DNA of 64,000 nucleotides from an uncultured bacterium (GCA_963719425.1 OY970382.1:522880-586879), one strand, 5' to 3'; shown: positions 1 to 8,594, counted from the first letter of the stretch. The notes: a model not told the origin generated them from the sequence alone. Numbers and translations: made by a program.

Positions 1-448
1 CCTGGAGAAGGTTTGACGGGTTATAGGTCATCGTAAATGCGAGGCTCAATGTGTCGTACGACGGAGGGTTTGCACGCTTTATGAACGAAAGATTGGTGAC
101 CGCCACCTTGGGGGAAGTGAGCGCCTGCAACGCGCCGCTCCCCTGTTGGAGATACACCGTGCCGCTCGAGAGCGTAAAATACGTCGGGTCCGTAGAACTG
201 GCCGCCGTCCGCAATTTGAGTGTTGAGGACGACGTATCTGCCGGCATATCAATCAAACTGGACTGTTGGACAAAAAACTGGATTTTCTGCAAGAGAAATT
301 GGCTCTGCGCTTCCACCTCCGCGGCTGCGGTCTGGCTCGTCTGCACCCGCATCACGGAAACGAAGGTGCCAACCGCAACCACCACGACAGCGGCAAAAAT
401 CGCCGCGTAAAGCAAAATTTCTACTATCCCAAATGCCTTCTTGTTCAT
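1..448 (-). CDS. Type IV pilin-like (prepilin N-terminal domain) protein, 3'-partial at window edge
   Basis: Reverse complement of 409-448 reads ATG AAC AAG... = MNKKAFGIVEILLYAAIFAAVVVVAVGTF. This is a class-III (prepilin-type) signal with a G-x-x-x-x-E motif and a hydrophobic helix. The frame stays open to position 1, so it is absent from the ORF track. It replaces the weak 51..410 plus-strand ORF. Confidence 0.5.
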   Translation of the reverse strand, partial: MNKKAFGIVEILLYAAIFAAVVVVAVGTFVSVMRVQTSQTAAAEVEAQSQFLLQKIQFFVQQSSLIDMPADTSSSTLKLRTAASSTDPTYFTLSSGTVYLQQGSGALQALTSPKVAVTNLSFIKRANPPSYDTLSLAFTMTYNPSNLLQ

Positions 449-465
449 CTCTTGCTTTTATTATA

Positions 466-2004
466 TCACCTGGCGCCCTTTTTGCCTGTGGACAAGCTTC
501 TACCCTGCCCTTGCCGTCCTTTGGGGGTTACCCAGAAGCCGAGTCGCCACCGCCCGCCGAGCATGAGCCGCGTTTGCGCTTCAAGCCCGGGAAAGGCACC
601 AAAAATAATCAGCGTGAGTGGCATGAGAATCCACTGCAAAAGATAGACGAGGTAATCGTGCCATCGGAGGCCGCCGGACGGTTTCGGCGGCAGAAGGAGA
701 ATGGCGAGGATCGCGGAGCTTGCGATGCCGATCATGGAAAGCGAGATTATGAAACGCGTAATCCGCGGCAAACTATAGGAAAGCAGCGTGTAACCGAAAT
801 GCTGGCCGCCGAGGACGAGCGGCAGCCATCCCAGAGCAAAGATCATAAGCGAGTTCGTGGCCCACGAATGAAATCCTTCAATCACGTTGAACGTCCAGTA
901 GCGTTTTTTTGCGGGCGGGATCGCGGAGTCGCGGCGGAATCCCTGGAGCATGTAGGGAATATTCTCGGCGCCCCATCCCCACCGCCGCTGCTGGCGGTAG
1001 AGATTTTTCATGGTCTGCCAGAACGTCGGCGCCGCGTTCGCGTCCATAGAGATGGGGTACAAGAGCGGCTCCACGCGGAAATCGCCGTGATACTTCAGAT
1101 AGCATTGCCAGAAAATCCGCGAATCCTCGGACACGATATCTTTCTGCCAGAAACCGATGTCCGAAAGCACCCGGAACGGAATGGATTGCGAAGAAAAGGA
1201 CGTCAGGCGCTCCGGCCGCGATTGTTGCATCATCTGCCAGAAAGTCGTGGAGAACGCGACAACGCGGGCAAGCGCCGGCGCCTCGTGGATATTGTTCGTG
1301 AAAAGCGGGATCGGCTGGTAAATGGCGCGCAGGCGATTTCGAGCGTTCAAAAATACATAGGTGAGCCGGCCGAAATATTCCGGGAAGACCTGCGTGTCCA
1401 CGTCAAATACCGACACGAGGATATTTTCATACCGTAATTTCAACGGATCAATGAGCGCTTCTTTTGCGCGGAGCGCCGCCCACGTTTCATTGGAGCCCTT
1501 GCCGGGAATCTCGCCCGGAAGGTCCGCCGGATGCACCGTGAGGAGGAAACGGAAAAACCGCGCGCCGAATTCTTTTTTGATCCGCTCCCCCACCGCCCGC
1601 GCCGCCCCTCCGCCGCGCGCCTCAACCGCGAGCACGGCAAGTAATTTTTCTTTCGGATAATGCGCCTCCGCGAGCCGCGTGAAGCTTTCGCGCACCACCT
1701 CGTACGGCTCGTAGTACATCGGGAAGATCACCACATGATATACATCTTCCCATGCAGCATCCTTGTTCGTCTTGGGGTTTGTCTCGGAAAGTTTTTGAAG
1801 CCAATTGAACCCCATATTCTGCTTCATCGCGGAAAACGCCGCGCGGAGATGGAGCGACAGATACACGGTCTTCAAAAGCCAATAGATATCAAAGAGAATG
1901 ATGAAAACGGAAACCCACACGGGCAAGAACCGCGAAAGCAAAACCATGAGGACGATCGTCGCCCACGCAAGACCGCCGGGAAGGATCTCAAAAAACCGGT
2001 TCAC
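466..2004 (-). CDS. Membrane glycosyltransferase family 2 (processive, cellulose-synthase-like)
   Basis: Multiple TM helices, a DxD-like FDVDT motif, and QQRRWGWG (QxxRW motif of processive GT2 enzymes). Confidence 0.55.
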   Translation of the reverse strand: MNRFFEILPGGLAWATIVLMVLLSRFLPVWVSVFIILFDIYWLLKTVYLSLHLRAAFSAMKQNMGFNWLQKLSETNPKTNKDAAWEDVYHVVIFPMYYEPYEVVRESFTRLAEAHYPKEKLLAVLAVEARGGGAARAVGERIKKEFGARFFRFLLTVHPADLPGEIPGKGSNETWAALRAKEALIDPLKLRYENILVSVFDVDTQVFPEYFGRLTYVFLNARNRLRAIYQPIPLFTNNIHEAPALARVVAFSTTFWQMMQQSRPERLTSFSSQSIPFRVLSDIGFWQKDIVSEDSRIFWQCYLKYHGDFRVEPLLYPISMDANAAPTFWQTMKNLYRQQRRWGWGAENIPYMLQGFRRDSAIPPAKKRYWTFNVIEGFHSWATNSLMIFALGWLPLVLGGQHFGYTLLSYSLPRITRFIISLSMIGIASSAILAILLLPPKPSGGLRWHDYLVYLLQWILMPLTLIIFGAFPGLEAQTRLMLGGRWRLGFWVTPKGRQGQGRSLSTGKKGAR

Positions 2005-2408
2005 AATCCAAAGAGGAACAACCGGTCCAACGAATAGGCTCCCGCGCCGTTCAGCGCAAGCACAAGAAGGGCAGCGAGGATGAGAAGATCAAATTCCCAT
2101 CCGCTCACAAAGGGCTGCTTCTTCGCGAGCTTCCAAACGACGATCGCCACGAACTGAAGCGCAAGCAGGGCCGCGATGGTGGGGGTGAAAATTCCGAGGA
2201 GCAGTCCGATGCCGCCGCCCACAAATTCAAGGAGTGCGACGATCGTCCCCCAGAAAAATCCCGGCTTGAACCCCATCCTATCAAACGCCGTGGCCGTCTG
2301 TTTCAAATTTTTTATTTTTTGCCAACCGTGGACAAGGAAAATGAGCGCGAGCGCGATGCGCAGCGCAAGAATCCCCATGCCGCCGTAAAAGAAAAAAATG
2401 GAAAGCAT
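2001..2408 (-). CDS. DoxX family membrane protein
   Basis: 135 aa with four TM segments and a DoxX-like LVHGWQKI / LLEFVGG pattern. Confidence 0.55.
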   Translation of the reverse strand: MLSIFFFYGGMGILALRIALALIFLVHGWQKIKNLKQTATAFDRMGFKPGFFWGTIVALLEFVGGGIGLLLGIFTPTIAALLALQFVAIVVWKLAKKQPFVSGWEFDLLILAALLVLALNGAGAYSLDRLFLFGL

Positions 2409-2534
2409 AATAGCAATACAAAAATGACCCGACCTTTCAAAATATGCGACTCTATTATATTATAGCAAGCGTAGTGGCAATCAGCCCAGCACCGCTTTTG
2501 CACCCACAACCGGTACAAGTGTGGTTGCTGCGCG

Positions 2535-2608
2535 GGGCCTCATCGTCTAATGGCTAGGACGGCGCCCTTTCACGGCGTAAATCCGGGTTCGATTCCCGGT
2601 GGGGCTAC
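2535..2608 (+). tRNA. tRNA-Glu (anticodon UUC)
   Basis: Cloverleaf folded by hand. Acceptor GGCCTCA pairs with TGGGGCT (two G.U pairs). Anticodon stem GCGCC/GGCGT, loop CTTTCAC (anticodon TTC). T-arm CCGGG-TTCGATT-CCCGG. Aligns with E. coli tRNA-Glu. CC encoded without the final A. Confidence 0.7.
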
Positions 2609-2625
2609 CTGTCAAGGCTGGAAAA

Positions 2626-2641
2626 GTTGCCGCTTGCGGCA
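2626..2641. repeat. Palindrome TTGCCG-cttg-CGGCAA (copy P0 of a motif family), 18 nt after tRNA-Glu
   Basis: Perfect 6-bp inverted arms around a 4-nt spacer. The same arms recur at 4055, 4188, 4255 and 6004. Confidence 0.7.
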
Positions 2642-2837
2642 ACATTCACCCCTTCCAGAATGCCCGAGAAATCTATCTTTCGGGCCTTTTTGGCTTTCGG
2701 ATGTCTATCACCGAACGGTGGCAAGGCGAGCGGAATCGAACCTGCGTACCAGAGAGTTCGAACTTCCTTCACTAGGGACTGGTTAGGGTTTGAACACTTC
2801 AGACACTCGGCGATTGCTATAATTATGATGTACTCTC

Positions 2838-3659
2838 ATGGCGAGAAGACGCCGTTCCCGCAAGCAGGATTCCCTAGAAGATGTCGCGTTCGATATCGCG
2901 AAGGCCTTTGTTGCTATCGTGGTGGTGGTTTTGGTGGGATGGGGCTATACGCATCCTGCCGAACTCGAAATATACAGCGGAATTGCAGTAGTAATTCTCA
3001 TTGTCGGGATAGTGCTCTATTTTGTGTTCAGGGGAAAACAGAGAACTATTGGCCTTCAAACGCTAAGCGACGATGAGATCCTGGCGATGCTCAGAGGAGT
3101 ATCGCCTTCTCAGTTTGAACAGAAAATGGCAGATATGTTTGCAAAGTTAGGCTACAAAACGGAAGTGGTAGGGGGAGCGAATGACGGCGGGATAGATGTC
3201 GTTGCCTACAAAGACGGCAAGAAATATTTTATCCAATGCAAGAAATTCATGACTCGAGAGGTGACGCCGCACGATGTGCGGGATTTCCTTGGAGCCATTA
3301 CGAACGTCAACAACCCCGCTGATAAAGGATATTTCGTGACCACGAACGGCTTCACGCTGATGGCCGAGAAAGCCGCAGAAGGAAACCCGAGAATTGAGCT
3401 GATCGACGGGACGCAGCTCGTTCAATATTACAAAATGGCTTACGGAGAAGTCGCTTCAGAACAGTCATCTACACCGCCACCCCCGGTCCCTCCGCCTATT
3501 CCATCTGCCCAACCGCAGGGTCCACGAGTGTGCCCTCAATGCGGCGGAAAGCTCGAGCTGAGGGTGGCGCACCAAGGCAGCTACGCTGGCCACCAATTTT
3601 GGGGATGTTCAAATTTTCCCAGCTGCCGATATATCGAGGACATCGAAGTCGGTGAATAG
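2838..3659 (+). CDS. Mrr-cat restriction endonuclease-domain protein with N-terminal TM helices and C-terminal topoisomerase-type C4 zinc ribbon
   Basis: Mrr_cat signature GANDGGIDVVAYKDGKKYFIQCKKF. C-terminal CPQCGG...WGCSNFPSCRY zinc finger. Two N-terminal TM helices. Confidence 0.65.
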   Translation: MARRRRSRKQDSLEDVAFDIAKAFVAIVVVVLVGWGYTHPAELEIYSGIAVVILIVGIVLYFVFRGKQRTIGLQTLSDDEILAMLRGVSPSQFEQKMADMFAKLGYKTEVVGGANDGGIDVVAYKDGKKYFIQCKKFMTREVTPHDVRDFLGAITNVNNPADKGYFVTTNGFTLMAEKAAEGNPRIELIDGTQLVQYYKMAYGEVASEQSSTPPPPVPPPIPSAQPQGPRVCPQCGGKLELRVAHQGSYAGHQFWGCSNFPSCRYIEDIEVGE

Positions 3660-3895
3660 AAACATAGCGCGTTTCTCGAGGCCTCGAAGGCTCCTGGTTG
3701 AGGATTTGCACAGACCCCCAGCGAACTGATATCCTGAGGGTGGCTGAATAAGCCGCGAATTCTACGGCTTGGGGGCTTCGGAAGAAGTCCCCTTTGCATT
3801 TCTAGCCCGCGATCCCCACAGGTGTTCCCATCTCGGCAACCGTCGCGAGAAAACCCTCCGTTGCCTCCTATAGATGCTACAATCAAGGAAAGCCA

Positions 3896-4054
3896 ATGAC
3901 CTTCGCCGAACTCTACCCCACCCTCTCTTCCGCCGAGCTTCAAGAAGCCGAAGATAACTTCCGTCGGTACCTTGAGATCGCATGGGAGATCGCACACGAA
4001 CAGGAAGCAACCAACGCAAAGCACGCGATGGAGGATCGCGGACGGGAGGAATAG
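3896..4054 (+). CDS. Small conserved ORF (52 aa; MTFAELYPTLSSAELQEAEDNFRRYLEIAWEIAHEQEATNAKHAMEDRGREE), module copy A1
   Basis: Not in the ORF track (<60 aa). A paralog at 5162..5323 is about 60% identical and a degraded third copy lies near 5942..6004. It is always followed immediately by the TTGCCG palindrome. Confidence 0.35.
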   Translation: MTFAELYPTLSSAELQEAEDNFRRYLEIAWEIAHEQEATNAKHAMEDRGREE

Positions 4055-4178
4055 TTGCCGGTTGCGGCAAATTATCCCCTCTTTAATTCCTCGTCTGAGG
4101 AATTATCCTTAAAATGTTTCTGAAGTTTGTGTAACGTTTGTTCCCAGGTTCGACAAGTGCCCCGATTAGGTCTACACG
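4049..4178. repeat. ~130 bp repeat R1 (palindrome + ...cgtctgaggaa...gtgtaacgtttgttcccaggttcgacaagtgccccgattaggtctac)
   Basis: About 85-90% identical to 5996..6127 by direct comparison. Confidence 0.7.
4055..4070. repeat. Palindrome TTGCCG-gttg-CGGCAA (P1)
   Basis: Member of the TTGCCG-N4-CGGCAA family. Confidence 0.65.
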
Positions 4179-4187
4179 GATGGAAAA

Positions 4188-4203
4188 GTTGCCGAAAACG
4201 GCA
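4188..4203. promoter_or_regulatory. Palindrome TTGCCG-aaaa-CGGCAA (P2), upstream of the 4349 gene
   Basis: Perfect palindrome. P3 follows 52 bp later and an extra ACGGCAA half-site lies at 4277-4283. This looks like a clustered operator. Confidence 0.4.
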
Positions 4204-4254
4204 AGTTTCTGAAAAAACACTGATCCGATCAGTGTTTTTTCATGGCGGGAAAAC

Positions 4255-4270
4255 TTGCCGGGGGCGGCAA
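4255..4270. promoter_or_regulatory. Palindrome TTGCCG-gggg-CGGCAA (P3)
   Basis: Perfect palindrome about 80 bp upstream of the 4349 start codon. Confidence 0.4.
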
Positions 4271-4348
4271 GAAATTACGGCAACCCTCCGGGAGTCGAAC
4301 TCAAACAAGGCACTGGCGTAATTAAGCCGGTCTCAATATAGTTAATCT

Positions 4349-5140
4349 ATGCCAAAAACTAAACCACCAGAACATCGACAGGCCAATCTTTCCTATGAGC
4401 AGATGAAGGTAGCTATACCCAAGATAGAGCGTCGCATTACAGAAGTGGAAGCGTTACTCACAGAAACCATTACTGATCCAAGCGATATAAGAATAAGCGC
4501 TCTTGAAAGTAAGTTAGACACCTTTCTTGCTGATACATTCGGAGCCGATACGTTTGAATATGAAAGGTATCGAGGAGATTTGACGAGATTATCTTCTGGA
4601 TTCTGGTATGAAGGTAGGCCACCGCAAGAATTTGCCGATGACCATCATAAAAACTTAGAGACCGCAAGGGCTCAATTGATGGCAATAAAATCGGGCTTTG
4701 AAGAGACACTTGAAGATGCCGGGGAAACTTCGGCTGGCAAATCCCTTAAGGCTTATGAGGGGCTGGAACTACATCCGGCCATCGAGCGAGCGGCGGGCAA
4801 GCTCTTTAGAGACGGCCATTATGCAAATGCAGTTGAAGATGCAGCAAAAGCCCTTAATGCCCTAGTCAGGATGAATAGCGGAGAAGAAGGTAAAGATGGA
4901 TCAGCTCTTATGGAATTCGTTTTCAGCCCCAAAAACCCCATTTTGAAGTTTAACGATCTTAAAAACGATTCCGATCTCGACGAGCAGAGGGGCTTCATGC
5001 TGTTGTTTTCGGGGGCAGTCGCAGGCCTTCGTAATCCCAGAGCTCATAAAATAATAAAAGATGATCCGGAGATGGCGCTCGAATTTATTGCGTTGATTAG
5101 TCTCCTCGCCAAGCTGGCAGATAGGGCTAAGAAGATCTGA
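4349..5140 (+). CDS. TIGR02391-like (hypoth_ymh) family protein; this family is commonly linked to restriction/abortive-infection cassettes
   Basis: The C-terminal ~120 aa (LHPAIERAAGKLFRDGHYANAVEDAAKAL ... GLRNPRAHK ...) match my recollection of the TIGR02391 consensus, including the RNP-AH motif. Confidence 0.45.
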   Translation: MPKTKPPEHRQANLSYEQMKVAIPKIERRITEVEALLTETITDPSDIRISALESKLDTFLADTFGADTFEYERYRGDLTRLSSGFWYEGRPPQEFADDHHKNLETARAQLMAIKSGFEETLEDAGETSAGKSLKAYEGLELHPAIERAAGKLFRDGHYANAVEDAAKALNALVRMNSGEEGKDGSALMEFVFSPKNPILKFNDLKNDSDLDEQRGFMLLFSGAVAGLRNPRAHKIIKDDPEMALEFIALISLLAKLADRAKKI

Positions 5141-5161
5141 TTATAAAGCTGCAACACGCGC

Positions 5162-5323
5162 ATGAAGACACTTACCAAGCTCTACCCCACCCTCTCCCCC
5201 GCCGAGCTTCAAGAAGCCGAACACAACTTCCGGCGGTATCTTGAGATCGCGATAGCCGTGGCGCAAGAACAAGTCGAAGCCAACGCAAATCAGGCAATGG
5301 AAGATCACGGGCAGGACACATAA
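5162..5323 (+). CDS. Small conserved ORF copy A2 (53 aa; MKTLTKLYPTLSPAELQEAEHNFRRYLEIAIAVAQEQVEANANQAMEDHGQDT)
   Basis: Paralog of 3896..4054. A TTGCCG half-site follows at 5324-5329. Confidence 0.35.
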   Translation: MKTLTKLYPTLSPAELQEAEHNFRRYLEIAIAVAQEQVEANANQAMEDHGQDT

Positions 5324-5414
5324 TTGCCGATACTAAATCTCCATAAAATGAGGGAGCCGGTAACCTGAAAAGGTTACCGGCTTAAGAACTAATCCCCGTA
5401 CATCTTTCTCGCAC

Positions 5415-5762
5415 CTAGGCTGCCGGGATATTCCAGCGCCAGTCAGTGCTATCGTGAGGAGCCCAAGGGTTGAGGTCAATGAGGACATCAGCCCGGTAGC
5501 CAGCGGCACGACGCGCCCGACGGACAACTTTCTCGACGTGAGGGATAATCCCGTAGATCATCCTTGCCTGCCGATGGGTCTTCACGGGACCGTCGAAAAA
5601 CGAGGGGCCGTGGACACTGACGCGGATACCATCCTCTCCGAACCGCACTTGATACGTAAAGGGGGCTTTGATTTTCTCAAATCCGCGTTGCACTGCCCTC
5701 CCGATCGCCTTCGCTGCTGGGCGAAGATACTCCTCCGACTGGTAACGAGGAAAATACAACAT
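5415..5762 (-). CDS. Hypothetical protein (115 aa)
   Basis: Open frame inside the island with no recognisable motif. Confidence 0.35.
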   Translation of the reverse strand: MLYFPRYQSEEYLRPAAKAIGRAVQRGFEKIKAPFTYQVRFGEDGIRVSVHGPSFFDGPVKTHRQARMIYGIIPHVEKVVRRARRAAGYRADVLIDLNPWAPHDSTDWRWNIPAA

Positions 5763-5941
5763 GTCACACCTCCAACTCCCGCCTGTCCTTATGGATCAGG
5801 TGCCATGCGTCATGGATATGTTTTATAGAGTTAGAACAACGACGCCTGTTAACTTACTGATAGTATTATAGCATACATAGATAATACTTGTCAAGTATCC
5901 GTTTGATGCGCTGATAAACTGGGGATTTATAGAGGGGATGA

Positions 5942-6004
5942 GGCCTACTCAAGAAGCAGCCAACACAAACCACACGATTGCAAATCGCGATAGAGAGGAA
6001 TAAT
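5942..6004 (+). pseudogene. Degraded third copy of the small conserved ORF (C-terminal remnant ...QEAANTNHTIANRDREE*)
   Basis: Translation is homologous to the C-termini of A1/A2. It sits directly before palindrome P5 and repeat R3. Confidence 0.3.
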
Positions 6005-6127
6005 TGCCGGATGCGACAAATTATCCAGCCTTCCTTTCCCCGTCTGAGGAACTATTCTTAGATTGTTCTTTCAGTTCGTGTAACGTTTGTTCCCAGGTTC
6101 GACAAGTCCCCCGATTGGGTCTACGAG
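5996..6127. repeat. ~130 bp repeat R3 (copy of 4049..4178), containing palindrome TTGCCG-gatg-CGaCAA at 6004..6019
   Basis: Direct comparison with R1. One mismatch in the palindrome arm. Confidence 0.7.
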
Positions 6128-6272
6128 AAAGAATGGGGCAGTGCTTTTGAGGGACGGGATAAAATCGCCCAGCGGCGATTTTTCCCTGGCGCTCGGACAA
6201 AAACTTTCGCTTCGCAAAAGACCGTGCTTTTTGTCCTCCGCGATCCCCTCAAAAGCACTGCCCCATTCTTTC
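6125..6272. repeat. Long-arm hairpin: ~27-30 bp inverted arms (agaaagaatggggcagtgcttttgaggg / ccctcaaaagcactgccccattctttct) around an ~80 nt internally structured spacer
   Basis: Arms compared by eye. The spacer contains the nested stems AAAATCGCC/GGCGATTTT and GGACAAAAA/TTTTTGTCC. Confidence 0.6.
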
Positions 6273-6459
6273 TTTTTGTCCTCATGAGAATCGAACGAGG
6301 AAAGGGGTCGGGGAAACCTGCGGTTTCCCCGTGTCGGAGGGTCGCGTTCTGGCGCGACAGTTCGGCACCGTGGGTGCCGAAAGCGCAGGCCAATCTTATC
6401 GGCCGAGCAGTGAGATTCCCCCGTGGGGCTACAATCGGATTCTGATAGAATAAAGGCGT

Positions 6460-7716
6460 ATGGGACCAGAGGACACACCAGCAGAATTCGAAACCAAGCA
6501 CGGCAGGCTATCCCGGGACTCGGAGAGGTACACGGAAGAAAGAAGGGAACTTAAAACGTTCTCTGAGGAGGAGACGGACACGGACGTGTTTGGTCACGAG
6601 ACGTTGGAAGAAATTGACCTGCTGCGAGATCCCCTGTACAAGTCAGGTCTGAAGCAGTCAGGCAAAAAACCCTTGGACGAACAGCAGCTCGCAACTAAAA
6701 TCGAGAAAGAACTGGAGGCCTCAAAGCGAATTTTCCTGGGGCTGGTAAGTCACGAAGAGATGTTTCTGGGAGAGTGGCCAGGAGAAGAAAATGTGACGTA
6801 TTCCTTTTTCGCGGAAGCTCTGAAGAATCAGGCTTTCTGGAAACAATTGAGAGAGCGGCGGCTTCTTGAAAACATCCCCGGTTTCAAAGGCGAGGTCCAC
6901 CCGGAGATCCTCATGCGGATCGTTGAGCCAAAAACGTTTCCTCTCGACCTGTACGAACAGATGCTGAGGATCCATGCAGAGAACTTCGCCGCGAAGCAAA
7001 AAGAGTTCGAGAAGAGGTTGCCCCAATTGATGCAAGATTTTTCGCAAAGGATTCGCGGCCTTATCGCGGAGAAACAATTGCCGCTCGACGAAACTGCTCT
7101 CAAACGAATACTCGAGGAGACGACATTCCGGCTTGCCGATGCCCTCACCACCCGCCTCAAGGAACGATGGGGAGAATATGACGTGGAAAAAGGAATGGTA
7201 AGCATAGCGGGACAAATCCCCTCCGAGGAGCAAGCGCACACTCTCGGTCACGAGATGCTGCACACCCTGAGCGGAAGAACAATCGTAACTCTGGACACCG
7301 AAGGACGCCCCGAAGACTCGTTCATTCTTCATCAACGGGTCGGCACTGACTTCTTTTCGGAGTTCGGTGGAATGATATCCCGTTTCAAATGGCTTAACGA
7401 AGCAATTACCGAAAAACTCACCACGAAGCTTTACCAATCACCGAGCCAATTTTACCCCAAGGAACGCGAGCTCATGGAATTGTTGCTTTCGCATGGGAAA
7501 TATCCCATAATAGAAGAGAAATTTCTTACTGATGCATATTTTGAAAATTACGACCCGAACCATCCGGAAAAAGTCCCTGCTTGGAAAACCTTGACCTTCG
7601 TCATCAACAAATCGTACCGGCCAGGTTTTCTCGTGGATTTGGACAAAATAATCAAACGCGACGGTATCCAGCGAGCGATTAACCTTGTGCGAAATTGGAG
7701 AAGCGAGACCGCGTAA
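6460..7716 (+). CDS. Putative zinc metallopeptidase-like protein (HExxH motif HTLGHEMLH), otherwise uncharacterised
   Basis: 418 aa with no signal peptide and a single HExxH around residue 260. Lies at the end of the defence-like island. Confidence 0.45.
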   Translation: MGPEDTPAEFETKHGRLSRDSERYTEERRELKTFSEEETDTDVFGHETLEEIDLLRDPLYKSGLKQSGKKPLDEQQLATKIEKELEASKRIFLGLVSHEEMFLGEWPGEENVTYSFFAEALKNQAFWKQLRERRLLENIPGFKGEVHPEILMRIVEPKTFPLDLYEQMLRIHAENFAAKQKEFEKRLPQLMQDFSQRIRGLIAEKQLPLDETALKRILEETTFRLADALTTRLKERWGEYDVEKGMVSIAGQIPSEEQAHTLGHEMLHTLSGRTIVTLDTEGRPEDSFILHQRVGTDFFSEFGGMISRFKWLNEAITEKLTTKLYQSPSQFYPKERELMELLLSHGKYPIIEEKFLTDAYFENYDPNHPEKVPAWKTLTFVINKSYRPGFLVDLDKIIKRDGIQRAINLVRNWRSETA

Positions 7717-7937
7717 TCGTAACGTGACGCCGATTGAATGACGCCACGGCCCACCCCACGGGGAATCGAACTGAAATCGGAAACAAAAAGTGAGATTTTA
7801 TGGGGATAAATTAACGCGGCGAGATTACCTTTGCGTCTACAAAAACCTTTGAATAATCAGATCTGAGATCGCAACGAACTTGTGAACTCAGATCTATGGT
7901 GGACGGCTCTTCGGGAACCGTCCACCGGATCAAATGT

Positions 7938-8444
7938 TCACCTCCCCCTCTTTTTTATGGCCGACAAAATCAAGCCTAGCTGCTTTGTTAAAAAACTGCG
8001 CCAGATCGCTATCCGTGAACAACTCCGGCGTCCCTGACCACCCTTTTGGTACCAGACCACCTCAGCGGGTCGCGTGAAACTTTGTTGGAGTGCCCCAATC
8101 ACCTTATCGTGTCTTGCGTGAACGACAAGGATGTATTCCCCTGGAATCTCTTCGCAGGCCAGATTGGCCCGGTTAAAGATTTCTTGGGTGGCTGGGAGAT
8201 CAATAGGGTCTGAGTAGATACGACACGACCACATGTCCTCTTCTTCATAGCACTCCACCACGACGAACTCGTTCCCCGAAACCAGGCGTCCTGCTTCCTT
8301 GTCACTCAATGTTTGAACGAATGAGAGATCCGGTCCGTGTTTGCACACCAGAATGCGCATCATAGGCAACCCCCTCCTCTGGGGCATACGCTGGCCAAAG
8401 CATAGCAGACCAGCTATGAAGGGGCAAGGATTTGCCCACTGCAA
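7938..8444 (-). CDS. Hypothetical protein (likely start at internal MMRIL, about 8363)
   Basis: ORF only. The C-terminal ~25 codons may be out of frame (an alternative frame gives a different ending). Confidence 0.35.
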   Translation of the reverse strand: MQWANPCPFIAGLLCFGQRMPQRRGLPMMRILVCKHGPDLSFVQTLSDKEAGRLVSGNEFVVVECYEEEDMWSCRIYSDPIDLPATQEIFNRANLACEEIPGEYILVVHARHDKVIGALQQSFTRPAEVVWYQKGGQGRRSCSRIAIWRSFLTKQLGLILSAIKKRGR

Positions 8445-8594
8445 TGTTTTTCACTCCCCCATTTCCCTCATAATTTGGTTCCAACTATATCCCGAGGGGC
8501 TACGGAAGTTTTGAAAAAATAATGGGCGCGTAGCGAGTGATCGTTGCCGATCTCCTGCATGCGCCCATTGTGCGATGCCCTCCCGTCGTAGCAG

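Noticed and set aside
51-410. Plus-strand 119-aa ORF at the window start
   Set aside because: The minus strand of the same region encodes a convincing prepilin-like N-terminus (MNKKAFGIVEILL...) open to the window edge. The plus ORF has no features.
220-1437. 405-aa Arg/Pro-rich ORF
   Set aside because: It is antisense to the GT2 glycosyltransferase and looks like typical high-GC antisense noise.
4128-4180. GGTTCGA-containing stretch in repeats R1/R3 as a possible tRNA
   Set aside because: No acceptor, D or anticodon stems could be formed. It was treated as part of the repeat instead.
2626-6019. Integron attC interpretation of the palindromes
   Set aside because: The arms (GTTGCCG) do not fit the GTTRRRY core, there are no R''/L'' extrahelical features, and no intI gene is present.
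6070-6455. RNase P RNA, tmRNA or 6S RNA
   Set aside because: The conserved sequence blocks of these RNAs are absent.
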